A DNA stretch of 64,000 nucleotides from contig JASTWF010000354.1 in NCBI GenBank assembly GCA_030390025.1, forward strand, positions 248,001-312,000, in the 5' to 3' direction. Under the pieces are notes generated by a model, which ran no database searches, had not been told where the DNA came from, and saw only the letters and a program-made list of their open reading frames with translations. Shown in pieces: positions 45,352-57,430 of this stretch; the first letter of the stretch is position 1; every line of letters begins with the position of its first letter. The position numbers were made by a program, and so were the translations under genes. This DNA comes from Squalus acanthias. Lineage: Eukaryota.

Positions 45352-47770
45352 CCTCAGTACTGCCCCTCCGACAGTGCAGCGCTCCCTCAGTACTGCCCCT
45401 CCAACAGTGCAGCACTCCCTCAGACCTGCCCCTCCGACAGTGCAGCACTCCCTCAGTACTGCCCCTCCAGCAGTGAAGTGCTCCCTCAGTACTGACCCTC
45501 TAACAGTGCAGCACTCCCTCAGTACTGCCCCTCCGACAGCGCAGTGCTCCCTCAATACTGTCCATCCGACAGTGCAGCGCTACCTCAGTACTGCCCCTCC
45601 GACAGTGCAACACTCCCTAAGTACTGCTCCTCTGAGAGTGCAGCGCTCCCTCAGCACTGCCCCTCCAACAGTGCAGTGCTCCCTCAGTAATGCCCCTCCG
45701 ACAGTGCAGCGCTCCCTCAGTACTGCCCCACCGAGAGTGCAGCACTCCCTCAGTACTGCCCCTCCGACAGTGCAGCACTCCCTCAGTACTGCCCCTCCAA
45801 CAGTGCAGCGCTCCATCAGCACTGCCCCTCCGACAGTGCAGCACTCCCTCAGTACTGCCCCTCCGACAGTGCAGCGCTCCATCAGCACTGCCCCACCGAC
45901 AGTGCAGCACTCCCTCAGCACTGCCCCTCCGACAGTGCAGCATTCCCTCAGTATAGACCCTCCAACAGGGCAGCATTCCCTCAGTACTGCCCCTCCGACA
46001 GTGCAGCGCTCCCTCAGCACAGCCCCACCGACAGTGCAGCACTCCCTCAGTACTGCCCCTCCAACATTGCAGTGCTCCCTCAGTACTGCCCAGCCAACAG
46101 TGCAGTGCTCCCTCAGTACTGACCTCTAACAGTGCAGCACTACCTCAGTACTGCCCCTCCGACAGTGCAGCGCTCCCTCAGTACTGCCCCTCCGACAGTG
46201 CAGTGCTCCCTCAGCACTGCCCCCCGACAGTGCAGCACTCCCTCAGTACTGACCCTCCGACAGTGCAGCACTCCCTCAGAACTGCCCCTCTGACAGTGCA
46301 GCTTTCCCTCAGTACTGACCCTCCGACAGTACAGCACTCACTCAGTACTGCCCCTCTGACAGTACAGCAATCCCTCAGTCCTGCCCCTCCGACAGTGCAG
46401 CACTCCCTCAGTACTGCCCCTCCAACAGTGCAGTGCTCCCTCAGTACTGCCCCTCCAACAGTGCAGTGCTCCCTCAGTACTGACCCTCTAACAGTGCAGC
46501 ACACCCTCAGTACTGCCCCTCCGACTTTGCAGCGCTCCATCAGCACTGCCCCTCCGACAGTGCAGCACTCCCTCAGTACTGCACCTTCAACAGTGCACCT
46601 CACCATCATTACTGACCCTCCGACAGTGCAGCGCTCCCTCAGCACTGCCCCTCCGACAGTGCAGCATTCCCTCAGTATAGACCCTCCAACAGTGCAGCAT
46701 TCCCTCAGTACTGCCCCTCCGACAGTACAGCACTCCCTCAGTACTGCCCCTCCGACAGTGCAGCACTCCCTCAGTACTGACACTCCGACAGTGCAGCGCT
46801 CCCTCAGTACTGCCCCTCCAACAGTGCAGCGCTCCCTCAGTACTGCCCCTCCGTCAGTGCAGCACTCCCTCAGTACTGACACTCCGACAGTGCAGCACTC
46901 CCTCAGTACTGCCCCTCCGTCAGTGCAGCACTCCCTCAGTACTGCCCCTCCGACAGTGCAGCACTCCCTCTGTACTGCCCCTCCGACAGTGCATCTCTCC
47001 CTCAGTACTGCCCCTCCGACAGTGCAGCACTCCCTCAGTAATGCCCCTCCGACAGTGCAGCGCTCTCCCACTACTGCCCCTCCGACAGTGCAGCGCTCCC
47101 TCAGTACTGCCCCTCCGACAGTGCAGCGCTCCCTCAGTACTGCCGCTCCGACAGTGCAGCACTCCCTCAGTACTGCCCCTCTGACAGTGCGGCGCTCCCT
47201 CAGTACTGCCCCTCCGACAGTACAGCACTCCCTCAGTACTGCCCCTCCGACAGTGCAGCACTCCCTCAGTACTGACACTCCGACAGTGCAGCGCTCCCTC
47301 AGTACTGCCCCTCCAACAGTGCAGCGCTCCCTCAGTACTGCCCCTCCGTCAGTGCAGCACTCCCTCAGTACTGACACTCCGACAGTGCAGCACTCCCTCA
47401 GTACTGCCCCTCCGTCAGTGCAGCACTCCCTCAGTACTGCCCCTCCGACAGTGCAGCACTCCCTCTGTACTGCCCCTCCGACAGTGCATCTCTCCCTCAG
47501 TACTGCCCCTCCGACAGTGCAGCACTCCCTCAGTAATGCCCCTCCGACAGTGCAGCGCTCTCCCACTACTGCCCCTCCGACAGTGCAGCGCTCCCTCAGT
47601 ACTGCCCCTCCGACAGTGCAGCGCTCCCTCAGTACTGCCCCTCCGACAGTGCAGCACTCCCTCAGTACTGCCCCTCTGACAGTGCGGCGCTCCCTCAGTA
47701 CTGCCCCTCCGACAGTGCAGCGCTCCCTCAGTACTGCCCCTCCGACAGTGCAGCGCTCCCTCAGTACTGC
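45352..47770. repeat. 33-bp Deu-SINE-derived minisatellite, ~73 copies
   Basis: unit CAGTACTGCCCCTCCGACAGTGCAGCRCTCCCT. Confidence 0.96.
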
Positions 47771-47872
47771 ACTGGGAGTGTCGGCCTGGATTATGGGTTC
47801 AAGTTCCTGGAGTCGAACTTGAACCCACAACCTTCTGACACAGAGGTGAGAGTGCTGCTCACTGAGTCACTC
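47771..47872 (-). mobile_element. Deu-SINE tRNA head (Pol III A/B boxes) leading into the array
   Basis: rc GTGACTCAGTGAGCAGCACTCTCACCTCTGTGTCAGAAGGTTGTGGGTTCAAGTTC. Confidence 0.8.
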
Positions 47873-49261
47873 TGACACCTAAATCTGAACTTCCCTTTAA
47901 AAATCTTTCAAATTTCTGCGAACCTGTTTCTCATCGACTATCAGCCAGAAACCTGAGCAAACAATGACACCCACTGACTTCCCCAATGAAATATTTACTG
48001 CCTCTGTTGACAGGATGTCCAGTGAGAGTTAAAACAATTTGAATAAACTGTTCGGAAAGATCAATAATTCAAAGATGTGTTTCTTATTTCTGACTGAAGT
48101 CAGCTGGAATATAAATCTCAGCCCCGGGCACCCGGGACAGGGAGAGTCTGTGGACAGTATTTGGGTTTCTGTGTGCTCAGTTTCCAGTGACCTTTTTATC
48201 ATTGTAGATGTTTATTTGTAAACTTCTCCCTTCTTCCTCCTTCATTGTTACAATCATTTCATCTTCCCTTTCCCTCCCTCTCCCTGCCCAACATTGACTG
48301 GATGGGAGGCTGGGCTTGTAACTCCCTCCCAGGCCTCTGACAGCTGCTGCAACATCTGGTGAGGTTCAAACCCGCTCCTGGAATCCACAAACCCCCCGCC
48401 CGATCCCCCCGGGGGAACCGACAGAGAAAGAGGCCGCGGGGGTGGTTCAAACTGCGTGGTTTGAATTAGCATTATTTTGGTATGTTGCCGTTTAATGGCT
48501 CCCTTCCCCAACCCTTCACTGTCCCTCCCCTCCCCCCTCCCAGAGTTCAGTGTAGATTGAGACTTGATTATCTGCTCCAATCTCCCAGGGTGTCTCACAC
48601 GGGGACTTCACACCAAGTCTGGACTTCATTTGAAGCGGGGTTTAGAGGCTGGCGATTATTGGACCAAGGCTCGCAGGCAGAATTCATTCTTCATTTTAGA
48701 ATCATATATTCTGGGCCTATTTTTTATATTTCAAAAAATATTCCGGGCAGACTCCCGAACATAGGAACTTGGGACCACTTATGGGATTGATCAGAACTGC
48801 TGATCCCCTGAACCCTGAACCCGGGGAATGTCTCAGACAGATGGGAGTGACATGTTCCAACACTCGTGAGTTTATAAAGCAAGGTGTTGAGACTTGCTGT
48901 GAGCGATACCATGGGAGATCTGTCAGAAATTTGGAAACAATGTCCTCTGTAAATTCGAATAATGGACACCTGTTAATTGCTCTTTTTACAGTGAGCGGCG
49001 GGAGATTAATTGGATCAGTTGGCTGGTGCAGTCAGGATCAAATAGTCTGATTAATAATAGTATTATATTCTGCAAATACAACAAGCTTTGTGAGTAGAAG
49101 GGGAGAAAGTTGCTGCAATTAAATTCATTCCCAATTACAGATAAACCGGGATGTTTCTGTCCACGATCCACAAGATTAGATTAACTCCAGCTGGTTCCGA
49201 CTGACACACGGAGTTTGAAATAATAATGTTTCATCAGAGAAAGATTCCATTCCTCAGAGTC

Positions 49262-49925
49262 AGCCGTGGCTAAGTGGGCAGCACTGACTCTGAGTCAGAA
49301 GGCCGTGGGTTCAAGTCCCACTCCAGAGATTGAGCACAAAATCCAGGCTGAGACTCCCAGTGCAGTACTGAGGGAGTGCTGCACTATCAGAGGGGCAGTA
49401 CTGAGGGAGCGCTGCACTGTCGGAGGGGCAGTACTGAGGGAGTGCTGTACTGTCAGAGGGGCAGTACTGATGGAGCGCTGCACTGTTGGAGGGGCAGTAC
49501 TGAGGGAGCGCTGCACTGTTGGAGGGGCAGTACTGAGGGAGCGCTGCACTGTCGGAGGGGCAGTACTGAGGGAGCGCTGCACTGTCGGAGGGGCAGTACT
49601 GAGGGAGTGATGCACTGTCAGAGGGGCAGTACTGAGGGAGCGCTGCACTGTCGGAGGGGCAGTACTGAGGGAGTGCTGCACTGTCAGAGGGGCAGTACTG
49701 AGGGAGCGCTGCACTGTCGGAGGGGCAGTACTGGGGGAGCACTGCACTGTCGGAGGAGCAGTACTGAGTGTACGCTGCACTGTCGGAGGGGCAGTACTGA
49801 GGGAGCGCTGCACTGTCGGCGGAGCAGTACTGAGTGTGTGCTGCACTGTCGGAGGGGCAGTACTGAGGGAGTGCTGCACTGTCGGAGGAGAAGTACTGAG
49901 TGAGCGCAGCACTGTTAGAGGGGCA
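49262..49925 (+). mobile_element. Deu-SINE head (49262-49360) followed by 33-bp minisatellite
   Basis: GTGGCTAAGTGGGCAGCAC...GGGTTCAAGTCCC; unit CAGTACTGAGGGAGYGCTGCACTGTCGGAGGGG. Confidence 0.9.
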
Positions 49926-49929
49926 TCTC

Positions 49930-50585
49930 TGATCGTGGGACCTCAGGTGGAAGCCAAGATGATTTATCCACTCGGCACTTCATGCTAAAGATGTTTGCTT
50001 CAGCCTTGTCTTTTGCATGCAGGTGCTGGGCTCCACCATTGATAAGGATGGGGTTCTTCATGGAGCCTCCTCCCCCCGTTAGATGTTTAGTTGTTCATCA
50101 CCATTCACGACTGGATGTGACAGGACTGCAGGGCTTTGATCTGATCTGTTGGTTGTTGGATTGCTTAGCTCTGTCTATAGCATGCTGCTTCCACTGTTTA
50201 GCATGTAATCCTGTGTTGTAGCTTCGCCAGGTTGGCACTTCATTTCTGGGTACGCCCGGTGCTGGCCTGGCATGCTCTTCTACCCTCCCCATGGAACCAG
50301 GGTTCGTCCCCTGGCTTGATGGTGTTGGAAGACTGAGGGATATGCCGGGCCATGAGGTTACATATTGTGGTGGAATACAATTCTGCTGCTGATGCCCCAC
50401 AGTGCCCCATTGTTGCCCAGTGTTGAGCTGCTCGATCTGTTCTTAATCTGTTTCATTTAGCACGGTGTTAGTGCCACACAACATGATGGAGGGGGTCCTC
50501 AGTGTGAAGACGGGTCTTGGTTTCTCAAGGACTGTGTGGTGGTCACTCCTACCAATACTGTCATGGACAGACACATCTGTGATGG
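49930..50585 (-). mobile_element. internal fragment of the LINE family at 3276-5240
   Basis: AKQWKQHAIDRAKQSNNQQIRSKPCSPVTSSREW, homologous to 4550-4665. Confidence 0.85.
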
Positions 50586-50608
50586 GCTGGACTGCAATTA
50601 TAAATTAG

Positions 50609-50804
50609 AGAAGTCGCACAACACCAGGTTATAGTCCAACAGCTTTATTTGAAATCACAAGCTTTCGGAGCGCTGCTCCTTCATCAGGTGAAGGAGCAGC
50701 GCTCCGAAAGCTTGTGATTTCAAATAAAGCTGTTGGACTATAACCTGGTGTTGTGTGACTTCTCACATTTGTCCACCCCAGTCCAACACCGGCATCTCCA
50801 CATC
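50609..50804. mobile_element. miniature palindromic Penelope-derived insertion with hammerhead core
   Basis: 76-bp inverted arms 50608-50683 / 50689-50764; TSD ATTATAAATTAG (50597-50608, 50805-50816); homologous to 32095-32173 and 31217-31286. Confidence 0.9.
50659..50688 (-). ncRNA. minimal hammerhead ribozyme core
   Basis: rc CCTGATGA-A-GGAGC-AGC-GCTCC-GAAA-GCTT. Confidence 0.78.
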
Positions 50805-51400
50805 ATTATAAATTAGACAAGCGGTCTTCATGGTTTTTGTGTTAATAGTTCCTGGTGATGGCAATCCGATCTCTGTCATGTCCCAGTAATGTATCAGTCC
50901 GGGTTAATCTGATCTCTGTTATGTCCCAGTAATATATCAGTCCTGATTAAGCAGAAATGAGTTAAATAATCTTCATTTATTGCCTCATAATTGTCTGAGT
51001 GCCGACACATTAAGAACAGATTAAGTCAATTATTTTATGCGAATACAAATCAGCTCAATGTACACTGGGTGAATGCTAATCTAAACCAGCCTCCCATTAA
51101 GCACCACCCGTGCCGTAAGTACATTTTAATGACATTCCATAATGACCCTGTTCTCACTGTGTTTCTGGTCCCGTGTCCACCGTCAGTGGGTGAAGCCCAC
51201 CGCAGGCGATCAGCCCGAAAGGCCTCAGTCTAGAAAGTGCGGCCGGAATCTGGAGCCCGGGATTGTCCCAAACAGCGACTCCCTTTTTAATGTTGGGATA
51301 TTAAGAGACGCTTTGTTACGACACCAATCCCAGCAAAGTTTAACTTTGCACCAATCGGGGTGTTTGAGAACAGATCCAGCCCATAATATACAGGACAGGA

Positions 51401-52145
51401 GAGAACATAAGAACATAAGAAATAGGAGCAGGAATAGGCCACTTGGCCCCTCGAGCCTGCTCCGCAATTCAATAAGATCATGGCTGATCTTGGGCTCAAA
51501 GCCACTTCCCCGCTTGCTCCCCATAACCCTTCACTCCCTTATCTTGCAAAAATCTGTCTATCTCCACCTTAAATGTATTCTATGACCCAGCCTCAACAGC
51601 TCTCTGCGGCAGAGAATTCCACAGATTTACGACCCTCTGAGAAGAAATTCCTCCACATCTCAGTTTTAAAGGGCGACCCTTTATTCTGAAACTATGCCCC
51701 CGAGTTCTAGATTTCCCCACGAGGGGAAACATCCTCTCTGCATCTACCCTGTCGAGCCCCCTCAGTATCTTATATATTTCAATAAGATCAACTCTCATTC
51801 TTCTAAATTCCAATGAGCATAGGCCCAGCCTGCTCAAACTTTCCTCAGAAGTCAACCCCCTCATTACTGGAATTAACCTAGTGAATTGTCTCTGAACTGC
51901 CTCCAATGCAAGTATATCCTTCCTTAAATAAGGAGACCAAAACTGTACGCAGTACTCAAGGTGTGGTCTCACCAATACCCTGTACAGTTGTAGCAGGACT
52001 TCCCTGCTTTTATACTCCAACCCCTTTGAAATAAAGGCCAACATTCCATTTGCCTTTTTGATTATTTGCTGTACCTGCATGCTAACTTTTTGTGTTTCAT
52101 GCACAAGGACCCCCAGGTCCCTCTGAACTGTAGCATTTTGTAATT
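51401..52145 (-). mobile_element. 5'-truncated CR1 LINE
   Basis: QRDLGVLVHETQKVSMQVQQ..RPHLEYCVQFWSP; (CTTATGTT)n tail; closely similar to 13069-13530. Confidence 0.93.
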
Positions 52146-52341
52146 GGAGCTTCAATTCCAATAAATTAACATCGCATCAAATAATCGGCAGTAATGAGCT
52201 GGAGTGATTAGCATCGATCGTGTCCAGCAGCTGAATTATTAATGCTGGGAAATGATACACACAGCTCTTCATTGGCAATAAAACATCTCCAGTTATTAGT
52301 TGATTTTAGCAGATTCGTAACATTAGAACTGGTGACTTACC

Positions 52342-54381
52342 CTGACTATTACCATTCACCCTGACTACTGCCTCTCCTAACCTGACTATTACCATTCACC
52401 CTGACTACTGCCTCTCCTAACCTGACTATTACCATTCACCCTGACTACTGCCTCTCCTAACCTGACTATTACCATTCACCCTGACTACAGCCTCTCCTAA
52501 CCTGACTATTACCATTCACCCTGACTACTGCCTCTCCTAACCTGACTATTACCATTCACCCTGACTACTGCCTCTCCTAACCTGACTATTACCATTCACC
52601 CTGATTACTGCCTCTCCTAACCTGACTATTACCATTCACACTGACTACTGCCTCTCCTAACCTGACTATTACCACACACCCTGACTACTGCCTCTCCTAA
52701 CCTGACTATTACCATTCACCCTGACTACTGCCTCTCCTAACCTGACTATTACCATTCACCCTGACTACTGCCTCTCCTAACCTGACTATTACCATTCACC
52801 CTGACTACTGCCTCTCCTAACCTGACTATTACCATTCATCCTGACTACTGCCTCTCCTAACCTGACTATTACCATTCACCCTGACTACTGCCTCTCCTAA
52901 CCTGACTATTACCACACACCCTGACTACGGCCTCTCCGAACCTGACTATTACCATTCACCCTGACTACTGCCTCTCCTAACCTGACTATTACCATTCACC
53001 CTGACTACTGCCTCTCCTAACCTGACTATTACCACTCACCCTGACTACTGCCTCTCCTAACCTGACTATTACCATTCACCCTGACTACTGCCTCTCCTAA
53101 CCTGACTATTACCATTCACCCTGACTACTGCCTCTCCTAACCTGACTATTAACATTCACCCTGACTACTGCCTCTCCTAACCTGACTATTACCATTCACC
53201 CTGACTACTGCCACTCCTAACCTGACTATTACCATTCACCCTGACTACTGCCTCTCCTAACCTGACTATTACCATTCACCCTGACTACTGCCTCTCCTAA
53301 CCTGACCATTACCATTCACCCTGACTACTGCCTCTCCTAACCTGACTATTACCACACACCCTGACTACTGCCTCTCCTAACCTGACTATTACCATTCACC
53401 CTGACTACTGCCTCTCCTAACCTGACTATTACCATTCACCCTGACTATTGCCTCTCCTAACCTGACGATTACCACACACCCTGACTACTGCCTCCCCTAA
53501 CCTGACTATTACCATTCACCCTGACTACTGCCTCCCCTAACCTGACTATTACCATTCACCCTGACTACTGCCTCTCCTAACCTGACTATTACCACTCACC
53601 CTGACTACTGCCTCCCCTAACCTGACTATTATCATTCACCCTGACTACTGCCTCCCCTAACCTGACTATTACCATTCACCCTGACTACTGCCTCCCCTAA
53701 CCTGACTATTACCACTCAGCCTGACTACTGCCTCTCCTAACCTGACTATTACCATTCACCCTGACTACTGCCTCCCCTAACCTGACTATTACCATTCACC
53801 CTGACTACTGCCTCTCCTAACCTGACTATTACCATTCACCCTGACTACTGCCTCTCCTAACCTGACTATTACCACTCACCCTGACTACTGCCTCCCCTAA
53901 CCTGACTATTACCATTCACCCTGACTACTGCCTCCCCTAACCTGACTATTACCATTCACCCTGACTACTGCCTCTCCTAACCTGACTATTACCATTCACC
54001 CTGACTACTGCCTCTCCTACCCTGACTATTACCATTCACCCTGACTACTGCCTCTCCTAACCTAACTATTACCACTCACCCTGACTACTGCCTCTCCTAA
54101 CCTGACTATTACCATTCACCCTGACTACTGCCACTCCTAACCTGACTATTACCATTCACCCTGACTACTGCCTCTCCTAACCTGACTATTACCATTCACC
54201 CTGACTACTGCCTCTCCTAACCTGACTATTACCATTCACCCTGACTACTGCCTCTCCTAACCTGACTATTACCATTCACCCTGACTACAGCCTCTCCTAA
54301 CCTGACTATTACCATTCACCCTGACTACTGCCACTCCTAACATGACTATTACCATTCACCCTGACTACTGCCTCTCCTAAC
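52342..54381. repeat. 40-bp satellite, left block (~51 copies)
   Basis: unit CTGACTATTACCATTCACCCTGACTACTGCCTCTCCTAAC. Confidence 0.98.
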
Positions 54382-54479
54382 ATAGATACATAGATACATA
54401 GAAGATAGGAGCAGGAGTAGGCCATCCGGCCCTTCGAGCCTGCTCCGCCATTTAATGAGATCATGGCTGATCCTCCAAT

Positions 54480-57430
54480 TCAGTATCCCGTCCCCGCCTT
54501 CTCTCCGTAACCCTTAACCCCTTTTGCCTGTAGCAATATATCTAATTCCCTCTTAAATATATTTAATGAGCTGGCGTACACTGCCCTCTGTGGCAATGAG
54601 TTCCACAGGTTCACCACCCTCTGAGTGAAGAAATTCCCCCTCATTTCTGTCCTAAATGGTTTAGCCCTTATCCTTAAATTATGTCCTCTAGTTCTGTTCT
54701 CACCCGCCAAGGGAAACATTCCTTCTGCATCTAGTCTGTCTAGACCTGTCAGAATTTTATACACTTCTATGAGGTCCCCTCTCAATCTTCTAAACTCCAG
54801 TGTGTACATCCCTAAACTACATAGTCTCTCCTCATAGGTCAATCCCGCGTTTCCTGGTATCGGCCTGGTGAATCGCCGCTGCACCCCCTCCATGGCAAGA
54901 ACATCTTTCCTCAGATGAGGCGACCAAAACTGTACACAGTACTCGAGGTGTGGTCTCACCAGTGCCCTGTACAGCTGCAGCAAGGTATCCCTGTTCCTGT
55001 ATTCCAACCCTTTTGCTATGAAGGCCAGCATACCGTTTGCCTTCTTGACCGCCTGTTGCACCTGCATGCTCGCCTTCAGTGACTGGTGTACAAGAACACC
55101 CAGGTCTCTCTGTACTTCCCCCTCTCCCAATTTATTGCCATTTAAATAATAATTTGCCCTCCCGTTCCTGCACCCAAGGTGGATAACTTCGCACTTGTCC
55201 ACATTATAGTGCATCTGCCATTTATCCGCCCAATCACCCAGTCTGTCCAAATCGCTCTGGAGCTTCCTGGTCTCCTCCTCTGAGCCCACCCCCCCTCCCA
55301 GTTTAGTGTCGTCTGCAAATTTGGAAATGTTGCATCCGACTCCCTGATCCAGGTCATTAATGTAAATTGTGAACAGCTGGGGACCCAGGACAGATCCCTG
55401 TGGTACCCCACTTGTTACTGCCTGCCATTCAGAAAATGAGCCGTTTATTCCAACTCTCTGTTTTCTATCTGACAGCCAATTCTCTATCCACGTCAATACT
55501 TTCCCCTTTATCCCATGAGCTTCAATTTTCCATGCCAATCTTTTATGTGGGACCTTGTCGAAGGCCTTTTGGAAGTCCAGGTACACCACATCTACTGGCT
55601 CTCCCCCATCTATTTTACCAGTTACTCCCTCAAAAAATTCCAATAGATTAGTCAAGCACGATTTACCCTTTGTAAATCCATGTTGACTCTGTCCTATCCT
55701 GTCCCCATTTGCTAAGTGCTCCGCTATTTCATCCTTAATGATGGACTCCAGCATTTTGCCCACAACTGATGTAAGGCTTACAGGTCTGTAATTACCTGCT
55801 TTTTCCCTACCCCCCTTTTTGAATAGTGGGGTAACGTTAGCTACCCTCCAATCCATGGGCACTGTTCCCGAGTCTAATGAATTCTGAAAAATCATACTTA
55901 GTGCATCCGCTATCTCTAGGGCCACCTCCTTCAGTACCCTAGGATGCATGTTATCAGGCCCTGGGGATTTGTCCGCCTTCAATCCCTTTAGCTTCCTTAA
56001 CACCATATCCTTAGAGATATTGATTTGCGTCAGTTCCTCCTTTGCCAATGTCCCTATTTTTCCCGATATCCCAGGGAGGTTTTTTGTGTCTTCCTTCGTA
56101 AAGACTGACCCAAAGTATGCATTTAGTTGGTCTGCCATTTCCTTATTTCCCGTTATATATTCCCCCGTATCTGACTGCAATGGACCAACTTTGGTTTTCA
56201 CCAGTCTTTTCCTCTTGATATACTTATAAAAGCTTTTGGAGTTAGTTTTTATATTTTCACCAGCTTGCTTTCGTAAGCTATTTTGCCCCTCTTGATTAAG
56301 CCCTTTGTCCTCCTTTGCTCTATATTAAACTGTTCCCAATCTTCCGCTCTGGCGCTTTTTTTGGCTATTTTATACGCCCTATCTTTGGATTTTATGCTGT
56401 CTCTAATTTCCCCTGTTATCCACGGTTGAGTCACCTTTTTAGATTTCCTTTTATGCCAGATTGGTATAAACAATTTTTGCAATTTTGTCATTCTATCTTT
56501 AAATGCTTGCCATTGTTTATCTACCTCCAGTCCTCCCAGGAACGTTGTCCAATCAGACCTACTCAGTTCCCGTCTAATGGCATCATAATTCCCCTTGTTT
56601 AAATTCAGGACCTTAGTCTCTGAGTCAATTTCTTCGCTCTCCATTTCGAGTGAGAAATCGATCATGTTATGATCGCTCTGACCCAAGGGTCCCCGTACAA
56701 CAAGATTACTAATTAGTCCCTTCTCATTGCACAGTACCCAGTCCAATATAGCCTGTTCCCGAGTTGGTTCCTCGCCATATTGATCCAGATAACCATCCCT
56801 TAAACACTCAAGGAATTACTCCTCCTCATTATTTTTACTGATTCGGCTATTCCAATCTATATGTAAGTTAAAGTCACCTATGATGACAGCTGTGCTCTTA
56901 TTGCACGCTTCTCTAATTTCCCTCGTGATGCCCTCCCCAACCTCTATTTTACTATTTGGAGGCCTATATACCACTCCTATTAATGTTTTTCGCCCCTCGC
57001 TATTTCTTAGCTCCACCCATATAGATTCTGTATTAACTGAGTTAATATCCTTCCTTTCAATTGCATTTATCCCCTCTTTTACCAGCAATGCTACCCCTCC
57101 TCCCTTTCTTTTTTGTCGATCCTTCCTAAATACTGAATACCCCTGTATGTTAAGCTCCCAGCCCTGCTCACCCTGCAACCATGTTTCCGTAATCCCAATT
57201 AGATCATAATTATTAACCTCTATTTCCACAGCTAATTCATCTACCTTGTTCCTGATGCTTCTCGCATTAAGGTATAAAACCCTCAGGCTTTTTTTATGCT
57301 CACATTTTTTATGAATTAGTTTGGCCCTTTGTTTTTTGTTCCTCACCCTTTTACCATTTATTTCTGTCTGCCTTTCACTTTCCTCTATTTCACTACATAG
57401 GTTTCTAGCCCCCTGCCATACTAGTTTAAA
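54480..57430 (-). pseudogene. CR1 ORF2 (APE + RT); one premature stop (56816-56818) and one frameshift (~56250)
   Basis: VLYLNARS, IGITETWL, VYRPP, GDFN, SDH; intact 573-aa RT segment with [11 protein letters not shown] and FADD. Confidence 0.95.

Noticed and set aside
45374..47830. Mucin-like 251/539-aa ORFs (TVQHSLSTAPP)n and antisense Cys-rich ORFs
   Set aside because: 33-bp SINE-derived minisatellite open on both strands; no signal peptide or unique coding flanks
49262..49335. tRNA gene
   Set aside because: A/B boxes present but no complete cloverleaf; continues into SINE body
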